Part shown: positions 39,622 through 48,404 of the stretch, piece after piece
Numbering within the stretch: the stretch's first letter is position 1
How the letters are laid out: each line of letters starts with the position of its first letter
Assembly: GCA_027023105.1 (NCBI GenBank)
Contig: JALVWY010000026.1
Location: forward strand, 1 to 61,229
DNA: 61,229 nt
Source of the DNA: Campylobacterales bacterium
GTDB taxonomy: Bacteria > Campylobacterota > Campylobacteria > Campylobacterales > Nautiliaceae
Direction of reading: 5' to 3'
Made by a program: the position numbers and the translations under genes
Notes under the pieces: generated by a model
Seen by the model: the letters and a program-made list of their open reading frames with translations, nothing else
Databases searched by the model: none
Told to the model about the DNA's origin: nothing

Positions 39622-41841
39622 TTAAGCTCTTAGGGCGTCTATTATTTTATTCAAACTTTCGCTTGGTCTCATATATTTTGAAACAAGTTCTTCATTTGGA
39701 TGATAATATCCGCCGACTTCTGCAGGTTGTCCTTCCACTGCTTTAATTTCATTTAAAATTTTTTCTTCATTTTCTTTAAGTTCTTTTGCCACAGGAGCAA
39801 ATTTTTCTTCAATTTCCACATCTCCACAATTAGAAAGCTCTTCCGCCCAGTAAGTGGCTAAATAGTAATGAGCCCCTCTATTGTCAATTTCTCCAACTTT
39901 TCTTTTTGGAGTTTTGTCATTTTCAAGATATTTTGCCACTGCTCTGTTTAGTGCATCCGCAATAGTAGTGATTTTTTCACTTCCGCCTTGTTTTTTAGCA
40001 AGTTTTAGTGATTCTGCAAGTGCTAAAAACTCTCCTAAAGAATCCCATCTTAAATGATTTTCTTTTAAGAATTGTTCTACATGTTTTGGTGCACTTCCAC
40101 CGGCACCTGTTTCATAAAGTCCTCCGCCTGCAAGTAAAGGAACTATTGAAAGTGTTCTTGCACTTGTTCCAACTTCAATAATAGGGAAAAGGTCTGTTAA
40201 ATAATCTCTAAGAATATTTCCTGTTACAGAAATAGTGTTTTTTCCGGCTCTAAATCTTTTTACTGTATATTTCATAGCAAGTTCAGGAGCCATAATATAA
40301 TATTCAACATCGCTTAAATCATATTTTGGAAGTTCTTCTAAAACTTTTTTGATTAAATTCGCATCATGAGCTCTGTTGCTGTCAAGCCAGAATACTATCG
40401 GATATCCGCTCTCTTTTCCTCTGTTTACAGCAAGTTTAATCCAGTCTTTTGCCGGCTCGTCTTTTACCTGATAACCTCTGTAAATATCTCCTTCTTTTAC
40501 TTCATGACACATTACAGTATTACCGTCTTCATCCACTATTTTCATAAATCCGTCTTTTGGAGGGAAAAATGTTTTATCGTGACTTCCGTATTCTTCCGCT
40601 TTTTTAGCCATAAGACCTACATTTTGAACAGTTCCTACTTTTGTAGGGTCAAATTGCCCGTGTTTTACCAAATCAGCCACGACTTCTTTATACATTGTTG
40701 CATATGTTCTGTCAGGAACATCAATTACACAGTCTTCCGTTTCACCATCAGGTCCCCATCCTTGAAGTCCGTTTTTAATAACAGAAGGAATAGAAGCGTC
40801 AACAATAACATCGTTTGGTTTATGAAGGTTTGTAACGCCTTTATCAGAATCAACCATATAAAGTCTTGGATTTTTAGCATAAATTTCTTTTAAAGTTTCT
40901 TTAATAGCTTCTTGTTTGTCTTCCGGTAATCTGTCAAGTTTGGCTTCTAAATCAGACAGACCGTTATTTGGATTAAATCCTATTTCTTCAAGTTCATTTG
41001 CAAATTTATCAAAAAGTTCTTTGTAATAAACTCTAATAGCATCCCCGAACATTACAGGGTCACTGACTTTCATCATTGTAGCTTTTAAATGTAATGAGAA
41101 TAAAATATCTTTTTCTTTAGCTTTCTCAATAGATTTTGCATAAAAATCTCTTAAAGCTTCTCTATTTAAAAAGCTTGTGCTTAAAATCTCGTCTTTTTCA
41201 AGAGGCAACTCTTTTAAAATTTTTTTGTTTCCTTCATAATCTTCAAATACAAATGAAACCGTTTGTGCTTTTGGAGAAATAAAGCTTTGTTCATTTTGAT
41301 AAAAATCTCCGTTATCCATATGGTCTACAAAACTTTTACAACCTTCTTTGACATCTCTCATTCTGTGCGGATGAGCTTTTGCATAATTTTTTACAGGTTG
41401 AGCAAGTCTTCTGTCTGAATTTCCTTGTCTAAGAACCGGATTAACATTAGAACCGATACATTTTGAATATTTTAATTTAATTTTTTCTTCTTCTGCATTT
41501 TTTGGCTCTTCCGGATAATCTGGAAGCGGATAACCTTGGCTTTGAAGTTCTTTTACTGCATTTTGAAGTTGAACTACTGAAGCTGAAATATTCGGTAATT
41601 TAATAACATTTGCTTCAGGTTTGTTTACAAGCTCACCAAGGTAAGCCAGTTCATCGCTTTGTCTTAAATTTTCAGGCAGTATATCACTAAATTCGGCAAT
41701 AATTCTTCCTGCAAGAGAAATATCTCTAAGTTCTATATTTACATTTGCATCTTTTGTAAATGCCTCCACTATCGGCAATAAACTAAATGTTGCAAGATAT
41801 GGCGCCTCGTCTATTTTTGTCCATACGATTGTTGGCTTCAT
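39622..41841 (-). CDS. icd: isocitrate dehydrogenase, NADP-dependent, monomeric type
   Basis: 739 aa. Monomeric-IDH length and N-terminus (IVWTKIDEAPYLATFSLLPI). Confidence 0.93.
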   Translation of the reverse strand: MKPTIVWTKIDEAPYLATFSLLPIVEAFTKDANVNIELRDISLAGRIIAEFSDILPENLRQSDELAYLGELVNKPEANVIKLPNISASVVQLQNAVKELQSQGYPLPDYPEEPKNAEEEKIKLKYSKCIGSNVNPVLRQGNSDRRLAQPVKNYAKAHPHRMRDVKEGCKSFVDHMDNGDFYQNEQSFISPKAQTVSFVFEDYEGNKKILKELPLEKDEILSTSFLNREALRDFYAKSIEKAKEKDILFSLHLKATMMKVSDPVMFGDAIRVYYKELFDKFANELEEIGFNPNNGLSDLEAKLDRLPEDKQEAIKETLKEIYAKNPRLYMVDSDKGVTNLHKPNDVIVDASIPSVIKNGLQGWGPDGETEDCVIDVPDRTYATMYKEVVADLVKHGQFDPTKVGTVQNVGLMAKKAEEYGSHDKTFFPPKDGFMKIVDEDGNTVMCHEVKEGDIYRGYQVKDEPAKDWIKLAVNRGKESGYPIVFWLDSNRAHDANLIKKVLEELPKYDLSDVEYYIMAPELAMKYTVKRFRAGKNTISVTGNILRDYLTDLFPIIEVGTSARTLSIVPLLAGGGLYETGAGGSAPKHVEQFLKENHLRWDSLGEFLALAESLKLAKKQGGSEKITTIADALNRAVAKYLENDKTPKRKVGEIDNRGAHYYLATYWAEELSNCGDVEIEEKFAPVAKELKENEEKILNEIKAVEGQPAEVGGYYHPNEELVSKYMRPSESLNKIIDALRA

Positions 41842-41862
41842 ATATTCTCCTTTTTTTTCTAA

Positions 41863-41871
41863 ATTTTATCA
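41863..41871 (-). promoter_or_regulatory. extended -10 TGATAAAAT upstream of icd
   Basis: Minus strand reads AAATTGTTACAAATTGTTAAaaaggTGaTAAAATttagaaaaaaAAGGAGaatatATG. The -10 ends 21 nt before the ATG, and a TTGTTA-type element lies in the -35 area. Confidence 0.4.
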
Positions 41872-41940
41872 CCTTTTTAACAATTTGTAACAATTTTATG
41901 ATTTCAGTAATTTTTTTTGTTACTAAAAGTAGCAAAAAAT

Positions 41941-42867
41941 TTATTTACATCTTTTGATATTTCTTATATGAGCTTTATAACTGCTTGAAAAAACAGTTCT
42001 TTTCCCGCATTTAAGAAAATATAAATAATTGACTTTTGCAGGAAAAACGGCTGAAAGCAATGCACTTTTACTCACGACACATACAGGACTTAACGGAAGA
42101 CCGTAATGTTTATATGTATTATATAGGCTGTTATCTCTTTTTATTCTTTTTGCACTTACGGGAATATGGGAATAACTTCCGTAATTAAGGCTTCCATCCA
42201 TTTGAAGTTTCATATGATTTTTCAGTCTGTTATAAATTACGGCGGAGATATATTTCATCTCTTTTGTATTTGCAGCTTCTTTTTGAATAATGGAAGCTAT
42301 AATTAAATATTTTTTATAAGTTTTATAATTCCAAACACCGAAAAATCTCTTCGCAAAACTTTTATGCCATTTTAAAGATTTTTTATATAAATATTTACAA
42401 ACATTTTTTCTTTTCATTCCTATGGGTAGTTTGTAAGTATCGGGTTTTAAAAATCCTTCGTCAATATTACAGTAAAAATTTTTTATTTTAAGTTTTTTAG
42501 CTATTTGTTTATAGATAAAATAATCGGTTTCCCCCGGAATAATAGTAATATTAGCCAAAGCCGCTTTATTATGTGTCAATCTATACAAAAAATCGGCTTT
42601 AGTCATAACATTATTTTTTAAATCCACCCAACCCGCTTGAGGATAACCCAAAAAATCTATAAAAATTTTATCTGTTTTTGATATGTCAATGTTATTTTTT
42701 TGTAATGTTTTTATTGTATAATTTGTATTACCTTTTGGAATAAACAAAATTCTCGGGACATATACTTTTCTTGTGAGATAAAAAAGGATAAAAATGGATA
42801 ATACCAGCAAAACTTCTATTGCAGCTATAATTTTTACTATGGTGTTTTTTTTATTTGTGATTTTCAT
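41941..42867 (-). CDS. mltG: endolytic murein transglycosylase MltG (YceG family)
   Basis: 308 aa. N-terminal TM anchor and YceG motifs (ASIIQKEA, YNRL, LQMDGSLNYG, YNTYKHYGLP). Confidence 0.88.
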   Translation of the reverse strand: MKITNKKNTIVKIIAAIEVLLVLSIFILFYLTRKVYVPRILFIPKGNTNYTIKTLQKNNIDISKTDKIFIDFLGYPQAGWVDLKNNVMTKADFLYRLTHNKAALANITIIPGETDYFIYKQIAKKLKIKNFYCNIDEGFLKPDTYKLPIGMKRKNVCKYLYKKSLKWHKSFAKRFFGVWNYKTYKKYLIIASIIQKEAANTKEMKYISAVIYNRLKNHMKLQMDGSLNYGSYSHIPVSAKRIKRDNSLYNTYKHYGLPLSPVCVVSKSALLSAVFPAKVNYLYFLKCGKRTVFSSSYKAHIRNIKRCK

Positions 42868-45670
42868 ATCTCTCTTTCATGGAATTACTTTATATAACAT
42901 TAAATCAAATAATCTGAAAATAGGAAATATTTTTTTTAAAATTGATAAAAAAATCATTTTACAAATCAATAATATTAAAATATTACCTACAAAGAATTAT
43001 AATAAAGAAATGATAAAAATACATCAAACTTTTTATTTAATTTCAAAGATATTACCGTTTTTTGAAAAATTAGAACTAAATAACATTTATGAAAATAACA
43101 CTCTCTTAATAAAAAAGCTTGATTTAAACAAAAATAATTTTATCATAAAAACCCCTTATCTGAGTTCCAAAGGAGAAATTTTAATAAAAAAAGATGAAAC
43201 TTCTGTCTTCAGTAAAAAAATATCTTTTTTAAATTACAAAATAAAAAATTTTTCTTTCACAGGGATTTTAGAAAAAAATAAAATAAAAACCAATATAAAA
43301 GCTTTGTTTAACAATAAAAAATTTTATATTAATTTGGTTTCATATGATAATAAAATAGATTTTCAAGGAAAAACAGATAAAATTTTATTTTCTTATAACA
43401 ATATAAACATAAAAGCTAAAAACATATCAATAAAAGGTAAATTAAATTTAAATTCAAACAAAATAAAATTAAATCTGCACTCCCCTTTTATTCACATACA
43501 AAATAAAAACATTTTAATAAATTCATTTGATAATAATATAAATTTGACAAACAATTATTTGACATTAAAATCAAAAAAAGGAAATATTGCTTATAATCTA
43601 AAAAAACTTAATCTAAAAAATTATGATTTATACTTTTATATTCCCCAAAAGCTTCTTTTAGCTCACGCCAAACAAACAAAAACAGAATATAAAAACTACA
43701 CTCTAAATTCTCAAAATACTGAATTTGACTACAATTTAATAAATCAAAATATTTTTTTACACACCAATAATTTAATATTCAATAACGACATAAATGCAAG
43801 CGTAAAAGAGGCTTTAATTATTAAAAACAAAAAATTATATTACAAATTAAGCAATGATAAATTGCTTCATAAATATTTTAATCTAAAAACAAATTATATA
43901 AAAGGCAACCTAAAAAAAATAGACTTAGCAGATATTTTAGGAAAAATTCTTACCTTTGATGTAATGGCAAAATCTCCGAAAATAGACTTAAAACAAAAAA
44001 AAGCCGTAACTCAGAAAATATTATTCAATAAAATTGAATTTACAAATAATAAATTTGATTTTTCAAAAAAACCTTTTAAATTTTCATCTCACACCGACAC
44101 GCTTTTTAATCAAAGCGTTAAAGATATTTTAAACTATTTCCATATCAATATTCCTTTTATCCAGACAAAAGGATATAATGATATCAATTTCAGCGTAAAT
44201 AGCGACTTAAACAAAACGGATATAAATTATCAAATTTTTTCAAAAGATTCCAATTTTTCAATCAATCCTAAAAATCAATTTTCCTATCAAAAAATGCAGT
44301 TAAAGGGAGATTTAAACAAAAGTTATATAACTTTAAATAATTTTAAATTTACAAATGATTTTATCAATGAACTTTCAGACGCCAATATAACTGTTAATTT
44401 AAATCAAAAATATCTAAATGCTTTTATAAACATAAAACATCTCAAAATAGACGATTACCTTAATGTAAAAAATTTTTATGAAAAATTAGTTATTGATTTA
44501 AGTAAAAATTATGCTTATCTTATGAACAGTTTTATATTTATAAATCTTAAACAAAAAATCATTTATTTATACTCCCTTAAACCTTTATTAAAATATACAA
44601 TCTTTAATGAAATTTTTCAAAACGCCCGGGTAATAATAAGACTTTTAAAAAATCAAACGGATATATCTGCAAAGGCTGTTTTGAATTATCCTTTTATATT
44701 AAATCAAAAAAATCCAAAAAAATTAAACGCAAATATAATCTTAAAAAACGGAAATATTATAATTAAAAATAAATTCATAAATACGGAAATTATGAATTTT
44801 GAAAAAGTCATATCTTATGTTAAAAATATTGATATAGATATTCAAGGCTTGATTAACATTATTGACACCACAAAAAAATTAGCCGGAAAAAAAGCAAAAT
44901 CAAATAAACCCGTCAAAGTTGTTATAATAGGTAAAAATACAAATTTTGTTTATAAAACTCACAAATTTTTGACAACCGAGGCAACATTAACTTTTAATAA
45001 AGAGCTTAATTTCACGGCAAGCTATAAAAAAAGCACCTTAAAGGGTTATATAAAAAACAATTACTTGCTTATAGAGGGTAAAAATTACACAAAAGAGGCT
45101 TTAGTCCCTCTTTTTGACTTTTTCAAACATTTTAATAATATAAATTTGGATTTTGTCAGCGTTAAATCCCCTGATGATTTTTATACAGGTAAAATTTACA
45201 TAAACAGCGCCAGTGTGAAAGATTTGGCCGCTTTAAATAACATAATAGCCTTTATAAATACGATACCTGCTCTGTTGTCTTTGAAAACACCTGGATTTTC
45301 CGCAAAAGGATATAAAATAAAAAACGGATTTATAAGCTATCTTTTTTATAATAATATTCTTTATTTCAAACAGATAAAAATAAAAGGGGTTAATATTGAT
45401 TTTGATGCAAAAGGTTTTGTAAATTTAAATAAAAATTTAATAAAACTGAAAATTCATACAATAGTAAAACTAAAACTAAAAAACATACCAATCATAGGAA
45501 AAGCGATTAGTTATCTGTTTTTTGGAAAAGACGGTTACTTACATATAAATATATTTGTAAACGGAGATTTAAACAATCCGAAAGTTTCAAAAGATTTAGG
45601 AGGTGGAATTATAGAATCACCTCTTAAACTTTTCAAAAGGATACTGACACTTCCTTTTAATATTTTTTAA
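42794..45670 (+). CDS. large Asn/Lys-rich envelope protein with N-terminal TM anchor, YhdP/AsmA-like
   Basis: 958 aa. AAGGA RBS 5 nt before ATG 42794 and one N-terminal TM helix. Long predicted beta-rich N/K/I-rich body with a C-terminal segment (DGYLHINIFVNGDLNNPKVS) reminiscent of AsmA-like C-termini. The family call is tentative. Confidence 0.55.
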   Translation: MDNTSKTSIAAIIFTMVFFLFVIFISLFHGITLYNIKSNNLKIGNIFFKIDKKIILQINNIKILPTKNYNKEMIKIHQTFYLISKILPFFEKLELNNIYENNTLLIKKLDLNKNNFIIKTPYLSSKGEILIKKDETSVFSKKISFLNYKIKNFSFTGILEKNKIKTNIKALFNNKKFYINLVSYDNKIDFQGKTDKILFSYNNINIKAKNISIKGKLNLNSNKIKLNLHSPFIHIQNKNILINSFDNNINLTNNYLTLKSKKGNIAYNLKKLNLKNYDLYFYIPQKLLLAHAKQTKTEYKNYTLNSQNTEFDYNLINQNIFLHTNNLIFNNDINASVKEALIIKNKKLYYKLSNDKLLHKYFNLKTNYIKGNLKKIDLADILGKILTFDVMAKSPKIDLKQKKAVTQKILFNKIEFTNNKFDFSKKPFKFSSHTDTLFNQSVKDILNYFHINIPFIQTKGYNDINFSVNSDLNKTDINYQIFSKDSNFSINPKNQFSYQKMQLKGDLNKSYITLNNFKFTNDFINELSDANITVNLNQKYLNAFINIKHLKIDDYLNVKNFYEKLVIDLSKNYAYLMNSFIFINLKQKIIYLYSLKPLLKYTIFNEIFQNARVIIRLLKNQTDISAKAVLNYPFILNQKNPKKLNANIILKNGNIIIKNKFINTEIMNFEKVISYVKNIDIDIQGLINIIDTTKKLAGKKAKSNKPVKVVIIGKNTNFVYKTHKFLTTEATLTFNKELNFTASYKKSTLKGYIKNNYLLIEGKNYTKEALVPLFDFFKHFNNINLDFVSVKSPDDFYTGKIYINSASVKDLAALNNIIAFINTIPALLSLKTPGFSAKGYKIKNGFISYLFYNNILYFKQIKIKGVNIDFDAKGFVNLNKNLIKLKIHTIVKLKLKNIPIIGKAISYLFFGKDGYLHINIFVNGDLNNPKVSKDLGGGIIESPLKLFKRILTLPFNIF

Positions 45671-46035
45671 TCTTCTTCGGTTTCAGAAACCAAAACAAGT
45701 TGATAATCGTCTTTTCTTATAACAACACTTCTGTTTCTAGGAATTAATCCTTGTTGTTTTTTCATTTTTTCTATCTCTTTTTGTAAATCTTCAATTTCAT
45801 TTTTTAGTTGAAGGACTATTTCAACGCCTGCTAAATTTACTCCCAAATCTCTTACAAGTGAAAGAATTAATTTCAATTCATCTATATTCCTTTGGGAATA
45901 AAGTCTCATTCTACCTTCCGTTCTGCTTGGCTTAATAAGACCTTCTCTTTCATACTGTCTTAGCGTTTGCGGATGAATATTTAATATTTTGCTAACAACA
46001 CTTATAAGATAAACCGGTTCATCGTAACTATACAT
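45667..46035 (-). CDS. hspR: MerR-family heat-shock repressor HspR
   Basis: 122 aa. MerR HTH (YLISVVSKILNIHPQTLRQYEREGLIKPSRTEGRMRLYS). Lies downstream of cbpA as in Helicobacter/Campylobacter. Confidence 0.85.
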   Translation of the reverse strand: MYSYDEPVYLISVVSKILNIHPQTLRQYEREGLIKPSRTEGRMRLYSQRNIDELKLILSLVRDLGVNLAGVEIVLQLKNEIEDLQKEIEKMKKQQGLIPRNRSVVIRKDDYQLVLVSETEED

Positions 46036-46046
46036 TTTTCTCTCCT

Positions 46047-46898
46047 TTATTCAGGTAATTTCTCCTGCATCATTTTTGCTAAATTTTCATCTAATTCCTC
46101 AACTTTTGGTAAAACAGGTCTTAGTTCTAAATAAAGATTACCGTTTTTAACACCATAGCCTTTAATTCTCAATTTCTGACAACATTTTGAATTTTTAGGG
46201 ATTTTAACATTAATATTCCCCTTAAATGTATCAATACCCATTTTACCGCCAAACATCATAATTTTTAAAGGGACATCAACTTTTTTGTATAAGTCGTCAC
46301 CCTTTCTTTCCCACTCATTTGAAGGTGCCACTTCAACTTCTAAAATCAAATCTCCTCTTTGACCCTGTAAAGATTTGCCTTTACCTCTAACCCTTAATTT
46401 TTGTCCGGTTTTAATCCCTTCTGGAATTTTAACCTTTATACTTTCCCCATTATAATTAATAGGAAAAACACCGCCTTTAACGGCAATATCAAAAGGGACT
46501 TGGATTCTTGCGTGCACATCCAAATTCGGTGCAAATCCACCGCCTCCAAATCCCTCAAATCCAAAACCTCCAAAACCGCTTCTTGAGCTTCTGCCAAATC
46601 CACCGCCAAAAATAGATGACAAAATATCATCTAAATCAACATCTTTATGCTGACGGTAAAAATCCTGGAAGTTTTGACCGTTGAACATATTATCACCCAT
46701 TGTGTCATACTGCTTTCTTTTCTCGGCATCTCCTAAGATTTCATAAGCAGTATTAATTTCTTTGAATTTTTCTTCACACTCAGGTTTTTTGCAAATATCG
46801 GGATGATATTTTCTTGCTAATTTTCTATAAGCTTTTTTAATTTCATCCTGACTTGCACTTTCATTAACACCTAAAACTTCATACAAACTTTTACTCAT
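46047..46898 (-). CDS. cbpA: curved-DNA-binding co-chaperone CbpA (DnaJ-like, no zinc finger)
   Basis: 283 aa. J domain (LYEVLGV...[13 protein letters not shown]), G/F-rich linker, and C-terminal DnaJ_C domains. No CxxCxGxG repeats. Confidence 0.88.
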   Translation of the reverse strand: MSKSLYEVLGVNESASQDEIKKAYRKLARKYHPDICKKPECEEKFKEINTAYEILGDAEKRKQYDTMGDNMFNGQNFQDFYRQHKDVDLDDILSSIFGGGFGRSSRSGFGGFGFEGFGGGGFAPNLDVHARIQVPFDIAVKGGVFPINYNGESIKVKIPEGIKTGQKLRVRGKGKSLQGQRGDLILEVEVAPSNEWERKGDDLYKKVDVPLKIMMFGGKMGIDTFKGNINVKIPKNSKCCQKLRIKGYGVKNGNLYLELRPVLPKVEELDENLAKMMQEKLPE

Positions 46899-46936
46899 TT
46901 CCTCTCCTTACACTACACCTATTTTTGATTATCAAT

Positions 46937-46965
46937 ATTATATAATAAAATTGAGTAAAAGTCAA
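46937..46965 (-). promoter_or_regulatory. sigma70 consensus-type promoter of cbpA-hspR (TTGACT-17 nt-TATAAT)
   Basis: Minus strand reads gtgaTTGACTtttactcaattttattaTATAATattgataatc. The -35 is at 46960-46965, the -10 at 46937-46942, and the spacer is exactly 17 nt. The -10 ends 38 nt before the ATG. Confidence 0.55.
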
Positions 46966-46969
46966 TCAC
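46951..46969. promoter_or_regulatory. HAIR-like inverted repeat (candidate HspR operator) overlapping the cbpA -35/spacer
   Basis: TTGAGT-aaaagtc-AATCAC compared with the HAIR consensus (C)TTGAGT-N7-ACTCAA(G). One half-site is perfect, the other matches 4/6, and the 7-nt spacing is correct. Confidence 0.4.
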
Positions 46970-47042
46970 TTTTATTAAAATAATTTTTTTTATATAATTA
47001 ACTGATAAATTGCACTGTTTATCACTGCATTTATAAGAAAAA

Positions 47043-48404
47043 TTAAAGAAATTTATTTAAGATATTTTGAAGTTTTTCTTTAATTTCTTCTAAACTTTCT
47101 TTACTTTTCGCTTCAAATCTCGTAACAAGCACAGGTGTTGTGTTACTTGCCCTTACAAGTCCCCATCCTTTTTCAAAAATAACTCTAACTCCATCTACAT
47201 CTATAATTTGTTTTATATTTAATTTTTCTTTATTCTCTTCAAGATATTTTTTAAGATTATCTATAATTTCAAATTTTTTATCTTCTGTTGTTTTTACTTT
47301 AAGCTCATCCGTATTGTAAACTTTTGGAAGTTTTTCAAATTCTTTTACAAAATCAAAGCCTTTTGCAATAAGCTCAATTATTCTGAATGTTACATAAATA
47401 GCATCGTCAATTCCAAAATATCTGTCATTAAAGAAAATATGTCCGCTAACCTCGGCTGCTAAATCGCAGTTTTCTTTTTTAAGAAGGGTTTTTAAATTAC
47501 TGTGCCCTGTTTTATACATAATCGCACGACCGAATTTATTAATTTCATCATACATAACCTGCGTAGCTTTTACTTCACTTATTACACACGGATTTTTCAT
47601 ATTTTTAGCAAAAAAATAAGCTAAAATATCCCCTTTATAATTATATTTTTTATCCAAAAATGCAATTCTGTCGGCATCTCCGTCAAACGCAAAAGCAAAA
47701 TTTCTGTTTTTCAAAGCCTCTTTTACATCTTTTAAATTTTCTTCAACAGTGGGGTCCGGATGATGATTTGGAAAAGTCCCGTCAGGCTTTTCAAACAAAA
47801 TTTCATAATTTTCAATCCCAATACCTTCAAGAATATCTCTTAAAACAACTCCCGCAACCCCGTTTCCACAGTCAAATACAGCATTTAAATCAAGCCCTTT
47901 TAAATGGGAAAACTGGTTGACTATAAAATCAACATAATCACTTTTCAAATCGTATTTAATAACTTCTTCATTATCTTCAATTTCAATATTGCCGTTTAAT
48001 ATTTCATCTCCTAAAGAATAAATATCTTTACCGAAAAAAGGCTTTTTATCAACGGTGATTTTAAATCCGTTATATTCAGGAGGATTATGGGAACCTGTAA
48101 TTTGAATACTCCCGGCAATTTTGACTCTTCCTGTTCCTTCTAAACAAAGAGGTCTGAAATTGGCAAAATAGTTTGTTCCTGTTGGAAGCATTCCCCCGCT
48201 TATTACTTTTTTATCGGCTTTATTAAGCCCGCTTACAAGCCAGTTATGTAAAACAGGTGAATGTGTTCTGGCATCGTAACTTACAAATATATATTCTCCC
48301 TTAATTTTCTTACCTAAAAAATAACCTATCTTTTTAACTGTATCTTCATTTAAATCTTTTTTGAAAATTCCTCTGATATCATATTCTCTGAATATATGTT
48401 TCAT
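47043..48404 (-). CDS. phosphomannomutase/phosphoglucomutase
   Basis: 453 aa. FREYDIRG, active-site TGSHNPPEYNGFK, and FDGDADR metal loop. Confidence 0.9.
   Translation of the reverse strand: MKHIFREYDIRGIFKKDLNEDTVKKIGYFLGKKIKGEYIFVSYDARTHSPVLHNWLVSGLNKADKKVISGGMLPTGTNYFANFRPLCLEGTGRVKIAGSIQITGSHNPPEYNGFKITVDKKPFFGKDIYSLGDEILNGNIEIEDNEEVIKYDLKSDYVDFIVNQFSHLKGLDLNAVFDCGNGVAGVVLRDILEGIGIENYEILFEKPDGTFPNHHPDPTVEENLKDVKEALKNRNFAFAFDGDADRIAFLDKKYNYKGDILAYFFAKNMKNPCVISEVKATQVMYDEINKFGRAIMYKTGHSNLKTLLKKENCDLAAEVSGHIFFNDRYFGIDDAIYVTFRIIELIAKGFDFVKEFEKLPKVYNTDELKVKTTEDKKFEIIDNLKKYLEENKEKLNIKQIIDVDGVRVIFEKGWGLVRASNTTPVLVTRFEAKSKESLEEIKEKLQNILNKFL

Noticed and set aside
40366-40893. 175-aa plus-strand ORF inside icd, and similar antisense ORFs at 661-990, 6713-7111, 15953-16279, 17014-17361, 23531-23908, 29565-29870, 32172-32480, 37181-37501, 50019-50363, 54105-54464 and 58531-58893
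   Set aside because: Each lies wholly inside a well-supported gene on the opposite strand and has low-complexity mirror-codon composition. None has a recognisable motif or a convincing RBS. They are treated as shadow ORFs.
46990-47042. Imperfect hairpin ATAAATTGCA-N11-TGCATTTAT downstream of the PMM/PGM gene, as a possible terminator
   Set aside because: The stem is bulged and AT-rich, and no U tract follows it on the transcribed strand. The evidence is too weak to annotate.
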